Shown: positions 10,001-23,100 of the stretch, in pieces
Layout of the letters: every line of letters starts with the position of its first letter
Numbering within the stretch: position 1 is the stretch's first letter
Assembly (NCBI GenBank): GCA_964276515.1
Contig: OZ193910.1
Coordinates: 8,308,001 to 8,372,000 of the forward strand
DNA length: 64,000 nucleotides
From: Gordius albopunctatus
Lineage: Eukaryota
Direction of reading: 5' to 3'
Position numbers and translations under genes: made by a program
Notes under the pieces: generated by a model
The model's input: the letters and a program-made list of their open reading frames with translations, nothing else
Databases searched by the model: none
Told to the model about the DNA's origin: nothing

Positions 10001-13000
10001 TTCACAATTTTTTCCTTTCAACCATATTCAACTGATGAAAGTTGTTATTTTCAGACGTGATTTCCATGATAAAAAGTCAAAATTTATCAGAATTAGAGAA
10101 CTATTACTTTTAAATCATCATCGCATAGAGCATGTTTCAAAAATTAAGCACTAACGTTGCGATACAACTAATCGCAACAATATAACGTTGTCTTTTCTCA
10201 AAATGATTGTTCTCGCAGCTTAAAACTTCTTATAAGGAGTCGATCGAGATTAATAGGATTCTCAAATGAGCTTACTTTTATATATTTTTTCAAGCTCTTT
10301 TACATAAAATAACAAAAAATATATTTTTCAGGTTTAAATAATTCACAATTTTTTCCTTTCAACCATATTCAACCGATGAAAGTTGTTATTTTCAGACGTG
10401 ATTTCCATGATAAAAAGTTAAAATTTATCAGAATTAGAGAACTATTACTTTTAAATCATCATCGCATAGAGCATGTTTCAAAAATTAAGCACTAACGTTG
10501 CGATACAACTAACTAATCGCAACAATATAACGTTGTCTTTTCTCAAAATGATTGTTCTCGCAGCTTAAAACTTCTTATAAGGAGTCGATCGAGATTAATA
10601 GGATTCTCAAATCAGCTTACTTTTATATATTTTTTCAAGCTCTTTTACATAAAATAACAAAAAATATATTGTTCAGGTTAAAATAATTCACAATTTTTTC
10701 CTTTCGGCCATATTCAACCGATGAAAGTTGTTATTTTCAGACGTGATTTCCATGATAAAAAGTTAAAATTTATCAGAATTAGAGAACCATTACTTTTAAA
10801 TCATCATCGCATAGAGCATGTTTCAAAAATTAACCACTAACGTTGCGATACAACTAACTAATCGCAACAAAATAACGTTGTCTTTTCTCAAAATGATTGT
10901 TCTCGCAGCTTAAAACTTCTTTCTTAAGTCAATCGAGCATAAAAGGTTTCTCAAATTGGCTTACTTTAATATATTTTTTCAAGCTCCTTTACATAAAATA
11001 ACAAAAAATATATTTTTTCAGGATAAAATAATTCACAATTTTTTCCTTTCAACCATATTCAACTGATGAAAGTTGTTATTTTCAGACGTGATTTCCATGA
11101 TAAAAAGTCAAAATTTATCAGAATTAGAGAACTATTACTTTTAAATCATCATCGCATAGAGCATGTTTCAAAAATTAAGCACTAACGTTGCGATACAACT
11201 AATCGCAACAATATAACGTTGTCTTTTCTCAAAATGATTGTTCTCGCAGCTTAAAACTTCTTATAAGGAGTCGATCGAGATTAATAGGATTCTCAAATGA
11301 GCTTACTTTTATATATTTTTTCAAGCTCTTTTACATAAAATAACAAAAAATATATTGTTCAGGTTAAAATAATTCACAATTTTTTCCTTTCAACCATATT
11401 CAACCGATGAAAGTTGTTATTTTCAGACGTGATTTCCATGATAAAAAGTCAAAATTTATCAGAATTAGAGAACTGTTACTTTTAAATCATCATCGCATAG
11501 AGCATGTTTCAAAAATTAAGCACTAACGTTGCGATACAACAAACTAATCGCAACAAAATAACGTTGTCTTTTCTCAAAATGATTGTTCTCGCAGCTTAAA
11601 ACTTCTTTCTTAAGTCAATCGAGCATAAAAGGTTTCTCAAATTGGCTTACTTTAATATATTTTTTCAAGCTCCTTTACATAAAATAACAAAAAATATATT
11701 TTTTCAGGATAAAATAATTCACAATTTTTTCCTTTCAACCATATTCAACTGATGAAAGTTGTTATTTTCAGACGTGATTTCCATGATAAAAAGTCAAAAT
11801 TTATCAGAATTAGAGAACTATTACTTTTAAATCATCATCGCATAGAGCATGTTTCAAAAATTAAGCACTAACGTTGCGATACAACTAATCGCAACAATAT
11901 AACGTTGTCTTTTCTCAAAATGATTGTTCTCGCAGCTTAAAACTTCTTATAAGGAGTCGATCGAGATTAATAGGATTCTCAAATGAGCTTACTTTTATAT
12001 ATTTTTTCAAGCTCTTTTACATAAAATAACAAAAAATATATTTTTCAGGTTTAAATAATTCACAATTTTTTCCTTTCAACCATATTCAACCGATGAAAGT
12101 TGTTATTTTCAGACGTGATTTCCATGATAAAAAGTTAAAATTTATCAGAATTAGAGAACTATTACTTTTAAATCATCATCGCATAGAGCATGTTTCAAAA
12201 ATTAAGCACTAACGTTGCGATACAACTAACTAATCGCAACAATATAACGTTGTCTTTTCTCAAAATGATTGTTCTCGCAGCTTAAAACTTCTTATAAGGA
12301 GTCGATCGAGATTAATAGGATTCTCAAATCAGCTTACTTTTATATATTTTTTCAAGCTCTTTTACATAAAATAACAAAAAATATATTGTTCAGGTTAAAA
12401 TAATTCACAATTTTTTCCTTTCGGCCATATTCAACCGATGAAAGTTGTTATTTTCAGACGTGATTTCCATGATAAAAAGTTAAAATTTATCAGAATTAGA
12501 GAACCATTACTTTTAAATCATCATCGCATAGAGCATGTTTCAAAAATTAACCACTAACGTTGCGATACAACTAACTAATCGCAACAAAATAACGTTGTCT
12601 TTTCTCAAAATGATTGTTCTCGCAGCTTAAAACTTCTTTCTTAAGTCAATCGAGCATAAAAGGTTTCTCAAATTGGCTTACTTTTATATATTTTTTCAAG
12701 CTCTTTTACATAAAATAACAAAAAATATATTGTTCAGGTTAAAATAATTCACAATTTTTTCCTTTCAACCATATTCAACCGATGAAAGTTGTTATTTTCA
12801 GACGTGATTTCCATGATAAAAAGTTAAAATTTATCAGAATTAGAGAACCATTACTTTTAAATCATCATCGCATAGAGCATGTTTCAAAAATTAAGCACTA
12901 ACGTTGCGATACAACTAACTAATCGCAACAATATAACGTTGTATTTTCTCAAAATGATTGTTCTCGCAGCTTAAAACTTCTTTCTGAAGTCAATCGAGGA

Positions 13001-16000
13001 TAAAAGGTTTCTCAAATCAGCTTACTTTTATATATTTTTTCAAGCTCTTTTACATAAAATAACAAAAAATATATTTTTCAGGTTTAAATAATTCACAATT
13101 TTTTCCTTTCAACCATATTCAACCGATGAAAGTTGTTATTTTCAGACGTGATTTCCATGATAAAAAGTTAAAATTTATCAGAATTAGAGAACCATTACTT
13201 TTAAATCATCATCGCATAGAGCATGTTTCAAAAATTAAGCACTAACGTTGCGATACAACTAACTAATCGCAACAATATAACGTTGTATTTTCTCAAAATG
13301 ATTGTTCTCGCAGCTTAAAACTTCTTTCTGAAGTCAATCGAGGATAAAAGGTTTCTCAAATCAGCTTACTTTTATATATTTTTTCAAGCTCTTTTACATA
13401 AAATAACAAAAAATATATTTTTCAGGTTTAAATAATTCACAATTTTTTCCTTTCAACCATATTCAACCGATGAAAGTTGTTATTTTCAGACGTGATTTCC
13501 ATGATAAAAAGTTAAAATTTATCAGAATTAGAGAACCATTACTTTTAAATCATCATCGCATAGAGCATGTTTCAAAAATTAAGCACTAACGTTGCGATAC
13601 AACTAACTAATCGCAACAAAATAACGTTGTCTTTTCTCAAAATGATTGTTCTCGCAGCTTAAAACTTCTTTCTTAAGTCAATCGAGCATAAAAGGTTTCT
13701 CAAATTGGCTTACTTTAATATATTTTTTCAAGCTCCTTTACATAAAATAACAAAAAATATATTTTTTCAGGATAAAATAATTCACAATTTTTTCCTTTCA
13801 ACCATATTCAACTGATGAAAGTTGTTATTTTCAGACGTGATTTCCATGATAAAAAGTTAAAATTTATCAGAATTAGAGAACTATTACTTTTAAATCATCA
13901 TCGCATAGAGCATGTTTCAAAAATTAAGCACTCACGTTGCGATACAACAAACTAATCGCAACAAGATAACGTTGTCTTTTCGCAAAATGATAGTTCTCGC
14001 AGCTTGAAACATCTTATAAGGAGTCGATCGAGAATAATAGGATTCTCAAATTAGCTTACTTTTATATATTTTATCAAGCTCTTTTACATAAAATAACAAA
14101 AAATATATTTTTTAGGTTAAAATAACTCAATTTTTTCCTTTCAACCATATTCAACCGATAAAAGTTGTTATTTTCAGACGTGATTTCCATGATAAAAAGT
14201 TAAAATTTATCAGAATTAGAGAACCATTACTTTTAAATCATCATCGCATAGAGCATGTTTCAAAAATTAAGCACTAACGTTGCGATACAACTAACTAATC
14301 GCAACAATATAACGTTGTATTTTCTCAAAATGATTGTTCTCGCAGCTTAAAACTTCTTTCTGAAGTCAATCGAGGATAAAAGGTTTCTCAAATCAGCTTA
14401 CTTTTATATATTTTTTCAAGCTCTTTTACATAAAATAACAAAAAATATATTTTTCAGGTTAAAATAATTCACAATTTTTTCCTTTCAACCATATTCAACC
14501 GATGAAAGTTGTTATTTTCAGACGTTATTTCCATGATAAAAAGTTAAAATTTATCAGAATTAGAGAACCATTACTTTTAAATCATCATCGCATAGAGCAT
14601 GTTTCAAAAATTAAGCACTAACGTTGCGATACAACTAACTAATCGCAACAATATAACGTTGTCTTTTCTCAAAATGATTGTTCTCGCAGCTTAAAACTTC
14701 TTATAAGGAGTCGATCGAGATTAATAGGATTCTCAAATCAGCTTACTTTTATATATTTTTTCAAGCTCTTTTACATAAAATAACAAAAAATATATTGTTC
14801 AGGTTAAAATAATTCACAATTTTTTCCTTTCGGCCATATTCAACCGATGAAAGTTGTTATTTTCAGACGTGATTTCCATGATAAAAAGTCAAAATTTATC
14901 AGAATTAGAGAACTGTTACTTTTAAATCATCATCGCATAGAGCATGTTTCAAAAATTAAGCACTAACGTTGCGATACAACAAACTAATCGCAACAAAATA
15001 ACGTTGTCTTTTCTCAAAATGATTGTTCTCGCAGCTTAAAACTTCTTTCTTAAGTCAATCGAGCATAAAAGGATTCTCAAATTGGCTTACTTTAATATAT
15101 TTTTTCAAGCTCCTTTACATAAAATAACAAAAAATATATTTTTTCAGGATAAAATAATTCACAATTTTTTCCTTTCAACCATATTCAACTGATGAAAGTT
15201 GTTATTTTCAGACGTGATTTCCATGATAAAAAGTCAAAATTTATCAGAATTAGAGAACTATTACTTTTAAATCATCATCGCATAGAGCATGTTTCAAAAA
15301 TTAAGCACTAACGTTGCGATACAACTAATCGCAACAATATAACGTTGTCTTTTCTCAAAATGATTGTTCTCGCAGCTTAAAACTTCTTATAAGGAGTCGA
15401 TCGAGATTAATAGGATTCTCAAATGAGCTTACTTTTATATATTTTTTCAAGCTCTTTTACATAAAATAACAAAAAATATATTGTTCATGTTAAAATAATT
15501 CACAATTTTTTCCTTTCAACCATATTCAACCGATGAAAGTTGTTATTTTCAGACGTGATTTCCATGATAAAAAGTTAAAATTTATCAGAATTAGAGAACC
15601 ATTACTTTTAAATCATCATCGCATAGAGCATGTTTCAAAAATTAAGCACTAACGTTGCGATACAACTAACTAATCGCAACAATATAACGTTGTCTTTTCT
15701 CAAAATGATTGTTCTCGCAGCTTAAAACTTCTTATAAGGAGTCGATCGAGATTAATAGGATTCTCAAATCAGCTTACTTTTATATATTTTATCAAGCTCT
15801 TTTACATAAAATAACAAAAAATATATTTTTTAGGTTAAAATAACTCAATTTTTTCCTTTCAACCATATTCAACCGATAAAAGTTGTTATTTTCAGACGTG
15901 ATTTCCATGATAAAAAGTTAAAATTTATCAGAATTAGAGAACCATTACTTTTAAATCATCATCGCATAGAGCATGTTTCAAAAATTAAGCACTAACGTTG

Positions 16001-19000
16001 CGATACAACAAACTAATCGCAACAAAATAACGTTGTCTTTTCTCAAAATGATTGTTCTCGCAGCTTAAAACTTCTTTCTTAAGTCAATCGAGCATAAAAG
16101 GATTCTCAAATTGGCTTACTTTAATATATTTTTTCAAGCTCCTTTACATAAAATAACAAAAAATATATTTTTTCAGGATAAAATAATTCACAATTTTTTC
16201 CTTTCAACCATATTCAACTGATGAAAGTTGTTATTTTCAGACGTGATTTCCATGATAAAAAGTCAAAATTTATCAGAATTAGAGAACTATTACTTTTAAA
16301 TCATCATCGCATAGAGCATGTTTCAAAAATTAAGCACTAACGTTGCGATACAACTAATCGCAACAATATAACGTTGTCTTTTCTCAAAATGATTGTTCTC
16401 GCAGCTTAAAACTTCTTATAAGGAGTCGATCGAGATTAATAGGATTCTCAAATGAGCTTACTTTTATATATTTTTTCAAGCTCTTTTACATAAAATAACA
16501 AAAAATATATTGTTCATGTTAAAATAATTCACAATTTTTTCCTTTCAACCATATTCAACCGATGAAAGTTGTTATTTTCAGACGTGATTTCCATGATAAA
16601 AAGTTAAAATTTATCAGAATTAGAGAACTATTACTTTTAAATCATCATCGCATAGAGCATGTTTCAAAAATTAAGCACTCACGTTGCGATACAACAAACT
16701 AATCGCAACAAGATAACGTTGTCTTTTCGCAAAATGATAGTTCTCGCAGCTTGAAACATCTTATAAGGAGTCGATCGAGAATAATAGGATTCTCAAATTA
16801 GCTTACTTTTATATATTTTATCAAGCTCTTTTACATAAAATAACAAAAAATATATTTTTTAGGTTAAAATAACTCAATTTTTTCCTTTCAACCATATTCA
16901 ACCGATAAAAGTTGTTATTTTCAGACGTGATTTCCATGATAAAAAGTTAAAATTTATCAGAATTAGAGAACCATTACTTTTAAATCATCATCGCATAGAG
17001 CATGTTTCAAAAATTAAGCACTAACGTTGCGATACAACTAACTAATCGCAACAATATAACGTTGTATTTTCTCAAAATGATTGTTCTCGCAGCTTAAAAC
17101 TTCTTTCTGAAGTCAATCGAGGATAAAAGGTTTCTCAAATCAGCTTACTTTTATATATTTTTTCAAGCTCTTTTACATAAAATAACAAAAAATATATTTT
17201 TCAGGTTAAAATAATTCACAATTTTTTCCTTTCAACCATATTCAACCGATGAAAGTTGTTATTTTCAGACGTTATTTCCATGATAAAAAGTTAAAATTTA
17301 TCAGAATTAGAGAACCATTACTTTTAAATCATCATCGCATAGAGCATGTTTCAAAAATTAAGCACTAACGTTGCGATACAACTAACTAATCGCAACAATA
17401 TAACGTTGTCTTTTCTCAAAATGATTGTTCTCGCAGCTTAAAACTTCTTATAAGGAGTCGATCGAGATTAATAGGATTCTCAAATCAGCTTACTTTTATA
17501 TATTTTTTCAAGCTCTTTTACATAAAATAACAAAAAATATATTGTTCAGGTTAAAATAATTCACAATTTTTTCCTTTCGGCCATATTCAACCGATGAAAG
17601 TTGTTATTTTCAGACGTGATTTCCATGATAAAAAGTCAAAATTTATCAGAATTAGAGAACTGTTACTTTTAAATCATCATCGCATAGAGCATGTTTCAAA
17701 AATTAAGCACTAACGTTGCGATACAACAAACTAATCGCAACAAAATAACGTTGTCTTTTCTCAAAATGATTGTTCTCGCAGCTTAAAACTTCTTTCTTAA
17801 GTCAATCGAGCATAAAAGGTTTCTCAAATTGGCTTACTTTAATATATTTTTTCAAGCTCCTTTACATAAAATAACAAAAAATATATTTTTTCAGGATAAA
17901 ATAATTCACAATTTTTTCCTTTCAACCATATTCAACTGATGAAAGTTGTTATTTTCAGACGTGATTTCCATGATAAAAAGTCAAAATTTATCAGAATTAG
18001 AGAACTATTACTTTTAAATCATCATCGCATAGAGCATGTTTCAAAAATTAAGCACTAACGTTGCGATACAACTAATCGCAACAATATAACGTTGTCTTTT
18101 CTCAAAATGATTGTTCTCGCAGCTTAAAACTTCTTATAAGGAGTCGATCGAGATTAATAGGATTCTCAAATGAGCTTACTTTTATATATTTTTTCAAGCT
18201 CTTTTACATAAAATAACAAAAAATATATTGTTCAGGTTAAAATAATTCACAATTTTTTCCTTTCAACCATATTCAACCGATGAAAGTTGTTATTTTCAGA
18301 CGTGATTTCCATGATAAAAAGTCAAAATTTATCAGAATTAGAGAACTGTTACTTTTAAATCATCATCGCATAGAGCATGTTTCAAAAATTAAGCACTAAC
18401 GTTGCGATACAACTAACTAATCGCAACAATATAACGTTGTATTTTCTCAAAATGATTGTTCTCGCAGCTTAAAACTTCTTTCTGAAGTCAATCGAGGATA
18501 AAAGGTTTCTCAAATCAGCTTACTTTTATATATTTTTTCAAGCTCTTTTACATAAAATAACAAAAAATATATTTTTCAGGTTAAAATAATTCACAATTTT
18601 TTCCTTTCAACCATATTCAACCGATGAAAGTTGTTATTTTCAGACGTTATTTCCATGATAAAAAGTTAAAATTTATCAGAATTAGAGAACCATTACTTTT
18701 AAATCATCATCGCATAGAGCATGTTTCAAAAATTAAGCACTAACGTTGCGATACAACTAACTAATCGCAACAATATAACGTTGTCTTTTCTCAAAATGAT
18801 TGTTCTCGCAGCTTAAAACTTCTTATAAGGAGTCGATCGAGATTAATAGGATTCTCAAATCAGCTTACTTTTATATATTTTTTCAAGCTCTTTTACATAA
18901 AATAACAAAAAATATATTGTTCAGGTTAAAATAATTCACAATTTTTTCCTTTCGGCCATATTCAACCGATGAAAGTTGTTATTTTCAGACGTGATTTCCA

Positions 19001-20136
19001 TGATAAAAAGTTAAAATTTATCAGAATTAGAGAACCATTACTTTTAAATCATCATCGCATAGAGCATGTTTCAAAAATTAAGCACTAACGTTGCGATACA
19101 ACTAACTAATCGCAACAATATAACGTTGTCTTTTCTCAAAATGATTGTTCTCGCAGCTTAAAACTTCTTATAAGGAGTCGATCGAGATTAATAGGATTCT
19201 CAAATCAGCTTACTTTTATATATTTTTTCAAGCTCTTTTACATAAAATAACAAAAAATATATTGTTCAGGTTAAAATAATTCACAATTTTTTCCTTTCGG
19301 CCATATTCAACCGATGAAAGTTGTTATTTTCAGACGTGATTTCCATGATAAAAAGTCAAAATTTATCAGAATTAGAGAACTGTTACTTTTAAATCATCAT
19401 CGCATAGAGCATGTTTCAAAAATTAAGCACTAACGTTGCGATACAACTAACTAATCGCAACAATATAACGTTGTCTTTTCTCAAAATGATTGTTCTCGCA
19501 GCTTAAAACTTCTTTCTAAAGTCAATCGAGCATAAAAGGTTTCTCAAATTGGCTTACTTTAATATATTTTTTCAAGCTCTTTTACATAAAATAACAAAAA
19601 ATATATTTTTTCAGGATAAAATAATTCACAATTTTTTCCTTTCAACCATATTCAACCGATGAAAGTTGTTATTTTCAGACGTGATTTCCATGATAAAAAG
19701 TTAAAATTTATCAGAATTAGAGAACTATTACTTTTAAATCATCATCGCATAGAGCATGTTTCAAAAATTAAGCACTCACGTTGCGATACAACAAACTAAT
19801 CGCAACAAGATAACGTTGTCTTTTCGCAAAATGATAGTTCTCGCAGCTTGAAACATCTTATAAGGAGTCGATCGAGAATAATAGGATTCTCAAATTAGCT
19901 TACTTTTATATATTTTATCAAGCTCTTTTACATAAAATAACAAAAAATATATTTTTTAGGTTAAAATAACTCAATTTTTTCCTTTCAACCATATTCAACC
20001 GATAAAAGTTGTTATTTTCAGACGTGATTTCCATGATAAAAAGTTAAAATTTATCAGAATTAGAGAACCATTACTTTTAAATCATCATCGCATAGAGCAT
20101 GTTTCAAAAATTAAGCACTAACGTTGCGATACAACT

Positions 20137-23100
20137 AACTAATCGCAACAATATAACGTTGTATTTTCTCAAAATGATTGTTCTCGCAGCTTAAAACTTC
20201 TTTCTGAAGTCAATCGAGGATAAAAGGTTTCTCAAATCAGCTTACTTTTATATATTTTTTCAAGCTCTTTTACATAAAATAACAAAAAATATATTTTTCA
20301 GGTTAAAATAATTCACAATTTTTTCCTTTCAACCATATTCAACCGATGAAAGTTGTTATTTTCAGACGTTATTTCCATGATAAAAAGTTAAAATTTATCA
20401 GAATTAGAGAACCATTACTTTTAAATCATCATCGCATAGAGCATGTTTCAAAAATTAAGCACTAACGTTGCGATACAACTAACTAATCGCAACAATATAA
20501 CGTTGTCTTTTCTCAAAATGATTGTTCTCGCAGCTTAAAACTTCTTATAAGGAGTCGATCGAGATTAATAGGATTCTCAAATCAGCTTACTTTTATATAT
20601 TTTTTCAAGCTCTTTTACATAAAATAACAAAAAATATATTGTTCAGGTTAAAATAATTCACAATTTTTTCCTTTCGGCCATATTCAACCGATGAAAGTTG
20701 TTATTTTCAGACGTGATTTCCATGATAAAAAGTCAAAATTTATCAGAATTAGAGAACTGTTACTTTTAAATCATCATCGCATAGAGCATGTTTCAAAAAT
20801 TAAGCACTAACGTTGCGATACAACAAACTAATCGCAACAAAATAACGTTGTCTTTTCTCAAAATGATTGTTCTCGCAGCTTAAAACTTCTTTCTTAAGTC
20901 AATCGAGCATAAAAGGATTCTCAAATTGGCTTACTTTAATATATTTTTTCAAGCTCCTTTACATAAAATAACAAAAAATATATTTTTTCAGGATAAAATA
21001 ATTCACAATTTTTTCCTTTCAACCATATTCAACTGATGAAAGTTGTTATTTTCAGACGTGATTTCCATGATAAAAAGTCAAAATTTATCAGAATTAGAGA
21101 ACTATTACTTTTAAATCATCATCGCATAGAGCATGTTTCAAAAATTAAGCACTAACGTTGCGATACAACTAATCGCAACAATATAACGTTGTCTTTTCTC
21201 AAAATGATTGTTCTCGCAGCTTAAAACTTCTTATAAGGAGTCGATCGAGATTAATAGGATTCTCAAATGAGCTTACTTTTATATATTTTTTCAAGCTCTT
21301 TTACATAAAATAACAAAAAATATATTGTTCATGTTAAAATAATTCACAATTTTTTCCTTTCAACCATATTCAACCGATGAAAGTTGTTATTTTCAGACGT
21401 GATTTCCATGATAAAAAGTTAAAATTTATCAGAATTAGAGAACTGTTACTTTTAAATCATCATCGCATAGAGCATGTTTCAAAAATTAAGCACTAACGTT
21501 GCGATACAACTAACTAATCGCAACAATATAACGTTGTCTTTTCTCAAAATGATTGTTCTCGCAGCTTAAAACTTCTTATAAGGAGTCGATCGAGATTAAT
21601 AGGATTCTCAAATCAGCTTACTTTTATATATTTTATCAAGCTCTTTTACATAAAATAACAAAAAATATATTTTTTAGGTTAAAATAACTCAATTTTTTCC
21701 TTTCAACCATATTCAACCGATAAAAGTTGTTATTTTCAGACGTGATTTCCATGATAAAAAGTTAAAATTTATCAGAATTAGAGAACCATTACTTTTAAAT
21801 CATCATCGCATAGAGCATGTTTCAAAAATTAAGCACTAACGTTGCGATACAACAAACTAATCGCAACAAAATAACGTTGTCTTTTCTCAAAATGATTGTT
21901 CTCGCAGCTTAAAACTTCTTTCTTAAGTCAATCGAGCATAAAAGGATTCTCAAATTGGCTTACTTTAATATATTTTTTCAAGCTCCTTTACATAAAATAA
22001 CAAAAAATATATTTTTTCAGGATAAAATAATTCACAATTTTTTCCTTTCAACCATATTCAACTGATGAAAGTTGTTATTTTCAGACGTGATTTCCATGAT
22101 AAAAAGTCAAAATTTATCAGAATTAGAGAACTATTACTTTTAAATCATCATCGCATAGAGCATGTTTCAAAAATTAAGCACTAACGTTGCGATACAACTA
22201 ATCGCAACAATATAACGTTGTCTTTTCTCAAAATGATTGTTCTCGCAGCTTAAAACTTCTTATAAGGAGTCGATCGAGATTAATAGGATTCTCAAATGAG
22301 CTTACTTTTATATATTTTTTCAAGCTCTTTTACATAAAATAACAAAAAATATATTGTTCATGTTAAAATAATTCACAATTTTTTCCTTTCAACCATATTC
22401 AACCGATGAAAGTTGTTATTTTCAGACGTGATTTCCATGATAAAAAGTTAAAATTTATCAGAATTAGAGAACTATTACTTTTAAATCATCATCGCATAGA
22501 GCATGTTTCAAAAATTAAGCACTCACGTTGCGATACAACAAACTAATCGCAACAAGATAACGTTGTCTTTTCGCAAAATGATAGTTCTCGCAGCTTGAAA
22601 CATCTTATAAGGAGTCGATCGAGAATAATAGGATTCTCAAATTAGCTTACTTTTATATATTTTATCAAGCTCTTTTACATAAAATAACAAAAAATATATT
22701 TTTTAGGTTAAAATAACTCAATTTTTTCCTTTCAACCATATTCAACCGATAAAAGTTGTTATTTTCAGACGTGATTTCCATGATAAAAAGTTAAAATTTA
22801 TCAGAATTAGAGAACCATTACTTTTAAATCATCATCGCATAGAGCATGTTTCAAAAATTAAGCACTAACGTTGCGATACAACTAACTAATCGCAACAATA
22901 TAACGTTGTATTTTCTCAAAATGATTGTTCTCGCAGCTTAAAACTTCTTTCTGAAGTCAATCGAGGATAAAAGGTTTCTCAAATCAGCTTACTTTTATAT
23001 ATTTTTTCAAGCTCTTTTACATAAAATAACAAAAAATATATTTTTCAGGTTAAAATAATTCACAATTTTTTCCTTTCAACCATATTCAACCGATGAAAGT

